Shown here piece after piece: positions 9,284-17,938 of a DNA stretch of 64,000 bases (position 1 is the stretch's first letter; each line of letters opens with the position of its first letter). The translations under genes were made by a program, and so were the position numbers. The stretch spans positions 6,421 through 70,420 of the forward strand of contig CALJER010000005.1 in the NCBI GenBank assembly GCA_938074535.1, in the 5' to 3' direction. This DNA comes from an uncultured archaeon (GTDB lineage Archaea > Hadarchaeota > Hadarchaeia > Hadarchaeales > WYZ-LMO6). The notes beneath the pieces are model-generated. The model saw nothing but the letters and a program-made list of their open reading frames with translations. It was not told the DNA's origin and ran no database searches.

Positions 9284-10558
9284 CTACCCGCGCTGCTCCA
9301 GCTGGGCGAGGATCTCCCTGGCGCGGTCGATCCTGATGCACCTTTCCTCCACCATCCTCCTGACCACCTCCTCCACCTGCTCCCCCCTGGCACCCGCTGC
9401 CATCGCCACGTTCCTGGCGTGGAGCTTCATGTGCCCCCGCTGGATGCCCTCCGCCACCAGGGCCCTCAGGGCGGCCAGGTTCTGGGCCAGGCCCACCGCC
9501 GCCATCACCTCCGCCAGCTCCTTCGAGGAGCCCACTCCGAGGATCTTCCTGCAGACCCTGGCCACGGGATGCACGCCGGTGGCTCCGCCCAGCACGCCCA
9601 CCGCCAGGGGCAGCTCGATCCTTCCCCTCAGATCCCCGTTCTCCTCCCTCTCCCAGGAGGTGAGGGGCTTGTATCCCCCCATGGCGGCGTAGCTGTGTGC
9701 CCCCGCCTCCAGCGCCCTCACGTCGTTGGAGAGGGCCAGGGCCACCGCTATGATCCCGTTCATGATCCCCTTGTTGTGGGTGGAGCAGCGGAAGGGGTCG
9801 GCCGCCGCCAGGGCGTGGGCGTAGAGGATGCCCTCCACCACCTCCTCACCCCCCAGAGCCTCCTTGGGGAAGGAAGCCTCGGCCCTGGCCTTCCTGTAAA
9901 CGGCCAGGTTGGAGACGATGCGGAGGTAGACCTTTCCCCCCGTGAGCTCCTCCACCAGGGGGGCCACGGCCTCGCACATGGTGTTCACCGCGTTGGCCCC
10001 CATGGCATCCCTCACGTCGACCAGCAGGTGCACCACCACCATGGGGCCCATACGGGTGTCGAGAACCCTGACCTCCACCTCCCTCGCCCCTCCCCCCGCC
10101 TTCACCAGGAGGGGGTCCTGCTCGTTGGCCTTCGCCAGGATCCTCTCCCTCCCCTCCAGGATCCTCCTTCTGGCCTCCTCGGGGTCCTTCAGCTTGCACA
10201 CCTGAACCTGCCCTATCATCACGGGCTCATCGGCGCTGGCCCTGAAGCCGTACTTCATCCTGGCCATGCGGGCCGCGTTGGAGGCGGCGGCCACCACGCT
10301 GGGCTCCTCTATGGCCATGGGGATGAGGTAGTCCTTCCCGTTGATGAGGAAGTTGGTGGCTATGCCCAGCGGAAGATGCGTGGCCCCTATCACGTTCTCT
10401 ATCATCCGGTTGGCCAGGTCGAGGGGGAGGGAGCCCGTGTTCCTCAAAATCTCCACCTCCTCCTCCGTCAAGCCCGCGAACTCCTTCACCACTCTCAGCC
10501 TCTCCTCGGGAGACAGCTCGTGGAAGTTGGGGAGCCGGGAGGACTTCAAGCTCTCCAC
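9284..10558 (-). CDS. hmgA: HMG-CoA reductase, class II (bacterial / Archaeoglobus-Thermoplasma type)
   Basis: Near-colinear with class II HMGR: RLPNFHELSPEERL, MIENVIGATHLPLGIATNF, EEPSVVAAASNAARMA, DAMGANAVNT, THNKGIMNGI, EGIQRGHMKLHARN. Proposed start is GTG at 10558..10556 (or TTG at 10548) after GGGAGGG; the longer track ORF N-terminus is out-of-frame junk. Confidence 0.9.
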   Translation of the reverse strand: MESLKSSRLPNFHELSPEERLRVVKEFAGLTEEEVEILRNTGSLPLDLANRMIENVIGATHLPLGIATNFLINGKDYLIPMAIEEPSVVAAASNAARMARMKYGFRASADEPVMIGQVQVCKLKDPEEARRRILEGRERILAKANEQDPLLVKAGGGAREVEVRVLDTRMGPMVVVHLLVDVRDAMGANAVNTMCEAVAPLVEELTGGKVYLRIVSNLAVYRKARAEASFPKEALGGEEVVEGILYAHALAAADPFRCSTHNKGIMNGIIAVALALSNDVRALEAGAHSYAAMGGYKPLTSWEREENGDLRGRIELPLAVGVLGGATGVHPVARVCRKILGVGSSKELAEVMAAVGLAQNLAALRALVAEGIQRGHMKLHARNVAMAAGARGEQVEEVVRRMVEERCIRIDRAREILAQLEQRG

Positions 10559-10630
10559 CCTCTCTTCTCCCTCCCGGCTATTTAACGGCACCAGCACCAA
10601 GCTTTTAATCCCCCAGCCAAAGCACCCAAC

Positions 10631-11404
10631 GTGAGGCTGGCGGTTTGCGGGAAGGGAGGGAGCGGGAAGAGCACCGTGGTGGCCCTCCTGGCCCACGAGG
10701 CCCTCTCCAGGAAGTACCGGGTGGTGGTAGTGGACGCGGACGAGTCCAACCCGGGGCTCTTCAGGCTGCTGGGCTTCGAGAGGCCCCCCTCCCCCCTGCT
10801 GGAGCTGGCGGGGGGGAGGAAGGGCGTGTGGGAGACCCTGGAAAGAGGGAAGGGGGTGCTGGCGAAGGAAAGCTTCGGCGTGGAGGAGCTTCCCCCCGAG
10901 TACGTGGGAAGGAGGAACGGGCTCTCCCTCCTGTGCGTGGGAAAGATCACGACGGTGAAGGAGGGGTGCGCCTGCCCGCTGGGGGCCCTGGCGAGGGAGG
11001 TTCTGCGGAGGCTCAGGCCCGGGGAAAGGGAGCTGCTGCTGGCCGACCTGGAGGCCGGGGTGGAACACCTGGGGAGGGGGGTGGAGGAGGGACTGGACGG
11101 GGTGCTGGTGGTGGTGGATCCCTCCTTTGACTCGATCGTGCTGGCGGGAAGAGCGGTGCAGATGGTGGAGGGAATGGGGAAGAAAGCCTATGCCGTCCTG
11201 AACAGGGTGAGGCGGGGGGGGATGGAGGAGAGGCTCAGGAGCGAGGTGGAAAGGAGGGGGCTGAAGGTGGCCGGCATCATTCACGAGGATCCCGAGCTCT
11301 TTGAGTCCGAACTGGTGGGAAGGGAGCTGAGGGCGGGGAAGGCCTGGGAGGAGGCAGGGCACCTGCTGGACTTCCTTCTGAAGGAGGGAGGAAAATGTGC
11401 ATAG
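10631..11404 (+). CDS. cooC: CooC-family Ni-insertion ATPase (MinD/Mrp-like P-loop)
   Basis: Deviant Walker A CGKGGSGKST; CACP (CXC nickel-binding) motif at ...KEGCACPLGALA; 257 aa. GTG start, with the TATA-like element GCTTTTAATCC about 22 nt upstream. Confidence 0.8.
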   Translation: MRLAVCGKGGSGKSTVVALLAHEALSRKYRVVVVDADESNPGLFRLLGFERPPSPLLELAGGRKGVWETLERGKGVLAKESFGVEELPPEYVGRRNGLSLLCVGKITTVKEGCACPLGALAREVLRRLRPGERELLLADLEAGVEHLGRGVEEGLDGVLVVVDPSFDSIVLAGRAVQMVEGMGKKAYAVLNRVRRGGMEERLRSEVERRGLKVAGIIHEDPELFESELVGRELRAGKAWEEAGHLLDFLLKEGGKCA

Positions 11405-11564
11405 CCACCGTGAGGTCGGGGAAGAAGGAAATCCGGGACGTGGTGCTGATGGAGGAGAAGGAGGGCGGGTACGTGGTCACCACCCTGCTGGGGGAGAGGA
11501 CGGAGGTAAAGGGAAGGATCAAGAGAATAGACATGGAGGAACACCTCATCCTCGTGGAATAATT
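11397..11564 (+). CDS. cooT: CooT-like small nickel-binding protein (55 aa); absent from the ORF track
   Basis: MCIATVRSGKKEIRDVVLMEEKEGGYVVTTLLGERTEVKGRIKRIDMEEHLILVE has the N-terminal Met-Cys and the overall pattern of CooT (MCMAKVV...VTTLFDEEH...). Its ATG overlaps the last codons of cooC. Confidence 0.6.
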
Positions 11565-11628
11565 TTTCCCCCACACCCGCGGGGGCTGGCCCTGCGCGGG
11601 AAGGCTCCGCGGCCGTGCCTTCCGCTGC

Positions 11629-12210
11629 TCACTCTTCCAGGGGCGAGAGCCTGCGGTGATAAAGCCTGGCCAGCACGCCCAGCACCGCCGGGACGAGGGC
11701 GAAGAAGAAGGGCCAGCCCAGGGACATCCTGAGCGGAAGGGTAACGGTCACGTCGTCCACCTCCAGGACCGCGGTGGAGCTCCCCGAGAGGTAGGGCAGG
11801 CTGAAGCCCCGCAGGCCGGAGACCCTCCCCGCCGCGAAGTTGCCCAGCAGGGAGAGGGCCAGGAGCAGGACGAGGAAGCCTATCCACATCCAGAGCAGCT
11901 TGGTGGCCCCGAACTTCAGCAGCCTCCACGACCACCACCTCTTGGGATAGAGGGAGGCCAGGACCAGGAGGATCCCGGAGACGACGAGGGTGAGGGAGGC
12001 TCCCAGGCAGACGAACCTCACGAGCGTGGAGGAAACGGTCTGGTCGAGGGCCACCAGCCTGAAGCTGAAGGGGGAAAGGGAGAGATCCACCGCCCCCGTG
12101 CCCACCCTCAGGCTCCACCAGGCGCCCAGGAAGGGCAGGAGGATCAGGAGGGGACCCGCCGCCAGCCCGAGCCAGTTGAGGTCCTTGGGACCCCCTTTCG
12201 GGAGCCTCAT
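11629..12210 (-). CDS. integral membrane protein, function unknown
   Basis: 193 aa, about 5 predicted TM segments, 4-nt overlap with the upstream secreted-protein gene. Confidence 0.45.
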   Translation of the reverse strand: MRLPKGGPKDLNWLGLAAGPLLILLPFLGAWWSLRVGTGAVDLSLSPFSFRLVALDQTVSSTLVRFVCLGASLTLVVSGILLVLASLYPKRWWSWRLLKFGATKLLWMWIGFLVLLLALSLLGNFAAGRVSGLRGFSLPYLSGSSTAVLEVDDVTVTLPLRMSLGWPFFFALVPAVLGVLARLYHRRLSPLEE

Positions 12211-12767
12211 CCCCCCACCTCCTGGTAGAGCTCCACCGACTCATCCACCGATACCCTGATCTCCAGGCCGTAGATGTCCAGGGTGAAGTTCCCCCTCAGG
12301 TTCAGGAAGGCGTGGAGGCAGGAATCCTCCACGTGCCGCTCCAGCAGGTGGCGGGAGCCCTCGTGCGTGAAGATCAGGAGGATCCTGAGGTTCTCGGCGG
12401 ACCCCGGCCCGACCACCACGCTTTTCTCCAGCCTCCCCTCACCCACCCTGAAGCCGTCATCCGAACAGAACACCTCCACGGAGACCTCTTTCATCCCCAG
12501 CCTGAAGGAGTAGTGATTGGTGAGGATGAGGGATAAAACCAGCGGAGGGAGGTCGTTCTCCGGGGCCACCGCTCCCTGAAAGGCGGTCCCCCCTGTCTCT
12601 ATCGTCGGCTCCCTGCCCTGGGAGGTCAGATCCTCAAAGGGCCCCACGTCACCCAGCAGGGTGGAGCGGAGGTCCCAGTCCTCCGACGCGAAAGCCGCCA
12701 AAACCGGACCCACCGAGAGAGCCAGAGAAAGGAGCAGAAGACCCGCACGGAGCGCCCCTTCACCCAT
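12207..12767 (-). CDS. secreted or periplasmic protein with N-terminal signal peptide, function unknown
   Basis: N-terminus MGEGALRAGLLLLSLALSVGPVLAAFAS is signal-peptide-like; 186 aa; coupled to the downstream membrane protein. Confidence 0.45.
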   Translation of the reverse strand: MGEGALRAGLLLLSLALSVGPVLAAFASEDWDLRSTLLGDVGPFEDLTSQGREPTIETGGTAFQGAVAPENDLPPLVLSLILTNHYSFRLGMKEVSVEVFCSDDGFRVGEGRLEKSVVVGPGSAENLRILLIFTHEGSRHLLERHVEDSCLHAFLNLRGNFTLDIYGLEIRVSVDESVELYQEVGG

Positions 12768-12796
12768 CCTTACCCCAGAGGATTGCCGGCCCGGCC

Positions 12797-13372
12797 TTAT
12801 TTAGTTTCCGCTCTTTCCACCAGAACTCTCAGCACATCGGCCTTGGTGATGATTCCCCTCACCCTTCCCCTCTCCACGACCAGGACGGCGGGGGAGTGCT
12901 CAAGCATCGAGAGGACGGCGGGAGCCGGGAGCTCCGGACCCACGGTCGGAAAGGGTTCCCCCATCACCTCCGCCACCCTCCTCCTCAGGAGCCCCCTCCC
13001 CTCCCCCTCGGCCACCTTCCGCATCACGTCCGCCTCCGAGAGGGACCCCACCTGCGCACCGCCCTCAAGCACGGGGAGCTGTGAAATACCCCTGCTCTCC
13101 ATGAGCTTCACCGCCTTTTCCACGGGATCTTTCTGCCTCACGTAGAAGACGGGTGAGGTCATCATCTCCCCGGCGCGGAGCAAGGGCTCTTCCTCCTGCT
13201 GGAGGAGCACGGAGGAGAGCCGCTCCAGGGTGGAGAGCCTGGGGTCCGCCTTTCCCGCCTCCATCTTCGCGATGTAGGCCTGGGTGAGGCCCGCGAGCTC
13301 CGCCAGCTTGGCCTGGGTCAGACCCCTCTTGAGGCGGAGGGCCTTGAGCTCCGAAGGGCGAAGGAGCCTCAT
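12797..13372 (-). CDS. transcriptional regulator, XRE-family HTH plus CBS domain pair
   Basis: N-terminal HTH LRLKRGLTQAKLAELAGLTQAYIAKME, C-terminal CBS-like segments (GISQLPVLEGG..., VRGIITKADVLRVL). The ATG is at the predicted TSS (leaderless), about 25 nt from the TATATATT element. Confidence 0.75.
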   Translation of the reverse strand: MRLLRPSELKALRLKRGLTQAKLAELAGLTQAYIAKMEAGKADPRLSTLERLSSVLLQQEEEPLLRAGEMMTSPVFYVRQKDPVEKAVKLMESRGISQLPVLEGGAQVGSLSEADVMRKVAEGEGRGLLRRRVAEVMGEPFPTVGPELPAPAVLSMLEHSPAVLVVERGRVRGIITKADVLRVLVERAETK

Positions 13373-13396
13373 ATTCCTGTGAGTTATTTCCAGACC

Positions 13397-13407
13397 AAAA
13401 ATATATA
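13397..13407. promoter_or_regulatory. palindromic TATA element (AAATATATAGG) between divergent genes, likely a bidirectional promoter
   Basis: AAAATATATAGG lies about 25 nt upstream of the minus-strand HTH-CBS ATG (13372) and upstream of the plus-strand sirtuin reading frame. Confidence 0.4.
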
Positions 13408-13449
13408 GGCCACGTCAGAGAGCTGCCACCGGGCTCAGGGGGGTCCTTC

Positions 13450-14238
13450 CTGAAAGGGGAGCCGGAGGAACTCACGAGGGCCGCCAGGTACCTCCTCTCC
13501 TCCCGCTACGCCCTCGCCCTCACCGGGGCGGGGATGTCCACGGAGTCAGGGATCCCCGACTTCAGGGGACCCTCCGGGATCTGGACCAAGCATCCCGAAG
13601 AGGAAGCCAGGGCCTATCTGCTCTACCCCAGGTTCCTCTCCGACCCCAGGGGATACTGGGAGGAGGTCCTGAGCAGGCCCTCCCCTCTGGGCGACCTGCG
13701 CGCCTTCTCACCCAATCCGGGGCATCTGGCCCTGGCCGAGCTGGAGGGGATGGGGATCCTGAAAGGCGTGATCACCCAGAACATAGACGATCTCCACCGC
13801 AGGGCGGGAAGCGCGAGGGTGCTGGAGTACCACGGAAACGCCTTCAAGCTCCGATGCCTGCGGTGCGGCGCCAGGTACCCCAGGGAGGGGTTCGATCTGG
13901 AGGGGATGAGGAAAAGGGGGGAGCTGCCGCCCAGGTGCAGGTGCGGGGAACCCCTGAAGTCCGATGTGGTCTACTTCGGGGAGCCCATTCCTGAGGACGT
14001 GATGAGGGAGAGCCTGGAGGAGGTGAGGAAGTGCGACCTCGCTCTGGTCTGCGGCACCTCGGCGGTGGTCTACCCCTTCGCCCACCTCCCCCGCCTGGCC
14101 AAGGAGAAGGGGGCCCTGCTGGTGGAGGTGAACCTGGAGCCCACGCCCCTGACCGACCTCTCCGACCTCTCCCTTTTCGGAAGGGTGGGCGAAATCCTCC
14201 CCCTGCTGGTGAAAAGGGTGAGGGAGCTGAAGGGATAA
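13450..14238 (+). CDS. cobB: NAD-dependent protein deacylase, Sir2 family (CobB-like); start uncertain
   Basis: GAGMSTESGIPDFRG, TQNIDDLHRRAGS and the Zn ribbon CLRCGARYP...RCRCG. The first ATG (13534) falls inside the conserved GAG(I/M)S motif, and the in-frame upstream sequence ...RYLLSSRYALALTGAGMS encodes the Rossmann N-terminus. No ATG, GTG or TTG is available upstream; CTG at 13450 is proposed for a leaderless transcript. Confidence 0.7.
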   Translation: MKGEPEELTRAARYLLSSRYALALTGAGMSTESGIPDFRGPSGIWTKHPEEEARAYLLYPRFLSDPRGYWEEVLSRPSPLGDLRAFSPNPGHLALAELEGMGILKGVITQNIDDLHRRAGSARVLEYHGNAFKLRCLRCGARYPREGFDLEGMRKRGELPPRCRCGEPLKSDVVYFGEPIPEDVMRESLEEVRKCDLALVCGTSAVVYPFAHLPRLAKEKGALLVEVNLEPTPLTDLSDLSLFGRVGEILPLLVKRVRELKG

Positions 14239-14263
14239 AAGAAGGGGAAGAGCACAGGACGGG

Positions 14264-14521
14264 ATGGAAGAAGTCAGAAAACAACTTAAGAGGATAAAAA
14301 ACATCGGGACCCTCATGCTTTCAGCGGGCATCCTCCTGTTCCTGGCCGGCGCCCTTATGGCCAGGGAGGCGGGGGACCAGGAGGCGATTCTACGAGATTT
14401 ATTCCTCTCCCTGCTTGGGGGCTTCATGGCCCTGCTGGGATCCGCCCTCCTCTACCACGCGGTGAAGGCATCGAGACTGCTGGGAAGGACGGGGGGAGGA
14501 GCGGGGGTCCAGGCCCGCTGA
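14264..14521 (+). CDS. small membrane protein (2 TM), hypothetical
   Basis: 85 aa with two hydrophobic helices; weak evidence. Confidence 0.3.
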   Translation: MEEVRKQLKRIKNIGTLMLSAGILLFLAGALMAREAGDQEAILRDLFLSLLGGFMALLGSALLYHAVKASRLLGRTGGGAGVQAR

Positions 14522-14640
14522 TACCTTTTTATACTGAACCTACCAGAAAAGCGCGGATATACCGTCTTCTGGACCCGTCCGGGAGACCCGAGAAACGCGA
14601 GTTTCTTGGTATATCCAACAAAAAGAAAGGAGGTTAGGAA

Positions 14641-14799
14641 ATGGATATGGGGAGAGGACCCCGCAGGGGCTTCAGGCCTAGGGAGATGCACAAGGCCGTA
14701 TGCTCCGACTGCGGGAAGGAATGCGAGGTGCCCTTCAAACCCACGGAGGGCAGACCCGTCTACTGCAGGGACTGCTGGGAAAAGCGCCGCAGGAGATAG
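14641..14799 (+). CDS. small zinc-ribbon protein (CxxC-x17-CxxC, zf-trcl-like), 52 aa; absent from the ORF track
   Basis: MDMGRGPRRGFRPREMHKAVCSDCGKECEVPFKPTEGRPVYCRDCWEKRRRR; the Shine-Dalgarno sequence GGAGGT lies 8 nt upstream; followed by an oligo-T terminator. Confidence 0.55.
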   Translation: MDMGRGPRRGFRPREMHKAVCSDCGKECEVPFKPTEGRPVYCRDCWEKRRRR

Positions 14800-14830
14800 G
14801 CGGAAGCGGAGCCGATCCGTTTCCGCAGCT

Positions 14831-14868
14831 TCTATTTTTTACTCCCTTTTTGTTTTTCAACTGTTTTG
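14831..14868 (+). terminator. oligo-T archaeal terminator region
   Basis: CTATTTTTTACTCCCTTTTTGTTTTTCAACTGTTTTG downstream of the Zn-ribbon ORF. Confidence 0.4.
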
Positions 14869-14972
14869 AGACCGCGATCAAGCTTTGATCCCTTTCCACC
14901 CTCCTTTGGAAACGGCACCTTCAGCCAACGGGAACTGACCGTCCGTTCTTCCCTCAGCCCTGCACGCAGCGA

Positions 14973-15344
14973 TCAAGAACTTTTAACCCTGAAGAAGAGC
15001 CAGTTCTTCGGCTCACCCTTCTTGAACCTCAGCAGGCAGTAGGTTCCCCTCAGCTTCTCCCCCTTCAGCTCGAAGATCAGCCTGTCCTCCCTTCTTTCCT
15101 TCAGCACGTACTCCCCCCTGTCCCAGAGCTCCACCTCCCCCGCCCCGTAGTACCCCTCGGGGATGACGCCCTCGAAGTTCTCATATCCCAGGGGATGGTC
15201 CTCCACCTGGACGGCCAGCCTCTTCACCCCCTCCTGGCGCGGAGGCTCCTTAGGCACTGCCCAGCTCTTCAGCACGCCGTCCATCTCCAGCCTGAGGTCG
15301 TAGTGCAGGTGCCTGGCCCTGTGCTTCTGGACGACGTAGATCAC
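14973..15344 (-). CDS. stand-alone LigD-type 3'-phosphoesterase (PE) domain protein
   Basis: VIYVVQKHRARHLHYDLRLEMDGVLKSWAVPKEP...VEDHPLGYENFEGVIPEGYYGAGEVELWDRGEY matches the LigD PE domain. Proposed GTG start at 15344..15342 overlaps the TGA of the upstream aconitase-family gene (GTGA). Confidence 0.8.
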   Translation of the reverse strand: MIYVVQKHRARHLHYDLRLEMDGVLKSWAVPKEPPRQEGVKRLAVQVEDHPLGYENFEGVIPEGYYGAGEVELWDRGEYVLKERREDRLIFELKGEKLRGTYCLLRFKKGEPKNWLFFRVKSS

Positions 15345-17242
15345 CTTCCCAGAACCTTCCTGGCCCAGGGGAGCTTTCCCCCCACCCTCACCATCTCCTC
15401 CTCCTTCTCCGACAGGGGGGAGGGGAGGACCATCTCCCCTCCCTTCCACCTCACCCTCACCCTCCGGAGCCCGGCCGTATCCAGGCTCAGCATCTCCCCC
15501 TTCTCCAGCTCCTCGTACTGGGAGGCGTTCAGCAGGAGGGGCAAAATCCCGAAGTTGATCAGGTTGTCCAGGTGGATGCGGGCGAAGGATTTGGCCATCA
15601 CCGCCCTCACCCCCAGGTACCTCAGGACCAGGGCGGCGTGCTCCCTGCTGGACCCCTGCCCGTAGTTCTCCCCCCCCACCACGAAGCCTCCCCCCTCCTG
15701 CTCGGCCCTCCGGTAAAAGGTGGGGTCCAGGCGGGAGAAGGTGTACTTCGCAAGCTCCGGCAGGTTGCTCCGGAGGGGGAGGACCTCCGCCCCCGCCGGG
15801 AGGATGTGGTCGGTGCTCACGTCGTCCCCCACCTTCAGCAGGACCCTGCCCTCCAGCACGTGGGGGAGGGGGGAGAACTCGGGGAGGGGGCGGATGTTGG
15901 GTCCCCTCACCACCTCCACCCTCTCCGCCTCCCCCGGAGGAAGGGGCGGGAGGAAACCCGAGGAGGGCAGGAAGCGTCCGGGCATCCTCACCCTGGGGTA
16001 CCTTCCCATCCCCCGTGGATCCGTCAGCCTCCCCTCCAGGGCAGAAGCGGCCGCCACCTCCGGACTCACCAGAAAGACCCTGGCGTCAGGAGTGCCGCTC
16101 CTCCCCTCGAAGTTGCGGTTGAAGGTCCTGAGGGAGGCCGCCCCCGAAGGTGGGGCGCCCCCCATCCCTATGCAGGGGCCGCAGGCGCACTCCAGGATCC
16201 TGGCGCCCGCCCGCAGGAGGTACCTCATCTCCCCGCTCCTCACCAGGTGCTCCACCACCTGCCTGGAGCCAGGGCTTATGAGGAGATCCACTCCCTCCGC
16301 CACCCTCCTTCCCTTCAGCATGCGGGCCACCACCTTCAGGTCCCTGAGCGAGGAGTTGGTGCAGGAGCCTATCACCACCTGCTGCACCTCCTCCCCCTCC
16401 ACCTCCCTCACGGGCCTCACGTTGCCGGGACTGTGGGGGAGGGCCACCAGGGGCTCCAGCCTTCCCAGCTCCACCTCCTCCACCTCCCCGTAACCCCCCT
16501 CCTCGGGGAGGGGCGTCCAGTCGCCCTCCCTCCCCTGCGCCCTGAGGAACTGCTTGGTGACACCGTCGCTGGGGAAGAGGCTGGTGGTGGCCCCCGTCTC
16601 CGTTCCCAGGTTGGCCACCGTGGCCCTCTCGGGAACGCCCAGCCCCCTCACTCCCGCTCCGAAGTACTCCAGGGCCTTCCCCCTTCCTCCCCTGACCCCC
16701 AGCCTCCTGAGCACCTCCAGCGCCAGGTCCTTGGCGGAGACCCAGTCGGGAAGCTCCCCGGAGAGCCTGATCCCCAGCACCTCCGGGTAGGTGAAGGAGT
16801 AGGGCAGGCCGGCCATGGCCAGGGCCACATCCAGCCCTCCCGCCCCCATGGCCAGGCAGCCCACCGCCCCGGCGGTGGGGGTGTGGCTGTCCGAGCCCAG
16901 AAGGGTCTTTCCGGGGGAGGCGAAGCGCTCCAGGTGGAGCTGGTGGCAGATGCCGGTGCCCGGGGGGGAGAAGTGGATGCCGTACCTCCTGGCCACCGAG
17001 AGCAGGTAGCGGTGATCGTCCGCGCTCCTGAAGTCGGTCTGAAGGGTGTTGTGGTCCACGTAGCTCACGCTGAGCTCCGTCCTCACCCGCGGAAGCCCCA
17101 GGGCCTCGAACTCCAGGTAAGCCAGGGTGCCGGTGGCGTCCTGGGTGAGGGTCTGGTCCACCCTCACCGCCACTTCCTCCCCCGGAGAGGGCCTTCCCTC
17201 CACCAGATGCCTTCTCACGATCCTCTCCAGGAGAGTCGCCAT
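15341..17242 (-). CDS. aconitase-family hydro-lyase with fused large and swivel domains (aconitate hydratase / homoaconitase-like)
   Basis: GSDSHTPTAGA, GSCTNSSLRDL and CGPCIGMGG Fe-S ligand motifs, plus a C-terminal LeuD-like swivel domain (GENYGQGSSREHAA); 633 aa. Confidence 0.85.
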   Translation of the reverse strand: MATLLERIVRRHLVEGRPSPGEEVAVRVDQTLTQDATGTLAYLEFEALGLPRVRTELSVSYVDHNTLQTDFRSADDHRYLLSVARRYGIHFSPPGTGICHQLHLERFASPGKTLLGSDSHTPTAGAVGCLAMGAGGLDVALAMAGLPYSFTYPEVLGIRLSGELPDWVSAKDLALEVLRRLGVRGGRGKALEYFGAGVRGLGVPERATVANLGTETGATTSLFPSDGVTKQFLRAQGREGDWTPLPEEGGYGEVEEVELGRLEPLVALPHSPGNVRPVREVEGEEVQQVVIGSCTNSSLRDLKVVARMLKGRRVAEGVDLLISPGSRQVVEHLVRSGEMRYLLRAGARILECACGPCIGMGGAPPSGAASLRTFNRNFEGRSGTPDARVFLVSPEVAAASALEGRLTDPRGMGRYPRVRMPGRFLPSSGFLPPLPPGEAERVEVVRGPNIRPLPEFSPLPHVLEGRVLLKVGDDVSTDHILPAGAEVLPLRSNLPELAKYTFSRLDPTFYRRAEQEGGGFVVGGENYGQGSSREHAALVLRYLGVRAVMAKSFARIHLDNLINFGILPLLLNASQYEELEKGEMLSLDTAGLRRVRVRWKGGEMVLPSPLSEKEEEMVRVGGKLPWARKVLGR

Positions 17243-17272
17243 CCCTGATTCCTACTCCCTGCAGCCTAAAAG

Positions 17273-17545
17273 CTAGCCCTGGCGCTTCACCAGCTTTCTG
17301 AGTTCTTCCACCCTTGAGGGGGGAACGATCTTCCTCCTCTCCAGGTCCTCCAAGCACTTCTCCGCGTACCTGCACCAGACCACGCAGGAGGGGGAGGCCT
17401 CCCTGTGGACCTTCCTCCCGCACTTCGGGCACTTGGTCTCGGTCTCGTACTCGAAGAACTCCACCTCCTCCCCGCAGGCGGGACAGGTCCTGACCACTAT
17501 TTGCGGCTCCACCAGCTTCCTTATCCCGGGGCAGGTGTCCATCAT
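17273..17545 (-). CDS. Cys-rich zinc-ribbon protein, function unknown
   Basis: CPACGEEVEFFEYETETKCPKCG plus a further CVVWCRYAEKC cluster; 90 aa; 12 nt downstream of the dfx gene. Confidence 0.5.
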   Translation of the reverse strand: MMDTCPGIRKLVEPQIVVRTCPACGEEVEFFEYETETKCPKCGRKVHREASPSCVVWCRYAEKCLEDLERRKIVPPSRVEELRKLVKRQG

Positions 17546-17557
17546 CCACCCCTCACC

Positions 17558-17938
17558 TCACCCGGTCCTCCAGAGGCCGTGGACGTTGCAGTACTCCCTG
17601 GCTTTCTCCGCCTTCACCCCGAACTCCGCCTCCGGCGCCCCACCTGGGTTCAGGAACTTCAGGCAGAGGAGGCCCTCCCCCTCCACCTCCACCCACTCGA
17701 TGTAGTGCTTCTCCTCCATCGGGTGGGGCACCGAACCCACCTTCACCCTCACTCCCCTCTCCGTTCCCTCCACCACGGGCACGTGCTTCTCCCTCCCCAC
17801 CTCCTCCGTCCTCTCCTGCAGCAGCTCCATGGGCTGGCCGCAGCAGACCAGCTGTCCCCTCCCGGCGTGCAGCACCATCACGATGTTGCCGCAGATGTTG
17901 CACCTGTAGACCTGCTTCCTCTCCGTCATCCTCTTCAC
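17558..17938 (-). CDS. dfx: desulfoferrodoxin (2Fe superoxide reductase with N-terminal desulforedoxin domain)
   Basis: N-terminal CNICGNIV...CCGQPM (desulforedoxin) and a C-terminal SOR domain (HVPVVEG...[14 protein letters not shown]...CNVHGLW); 126 aa. Confidence 0.9.
   Translation of the reverse strand: MKRMTERKQVYRCNICGNIVMVLHAGRGQLVCCGQPMELLQERTEEVGREKHVPVVEGTERGVRVKVGSVPHPMEEKHYIEWVEVEGEGLLCLKFLNPGGAPEAEFGVKAEKAREYCNVHGLWRTG

Noticed and set aside
15572-17549. Plus-strand 558-aa and minus-strand 487-aa ORFs over the aconitase gene
   Set aside because: Gly/Pro/Arg-rich nonsense in alternate frames of a gene with clear aconitase motifs.
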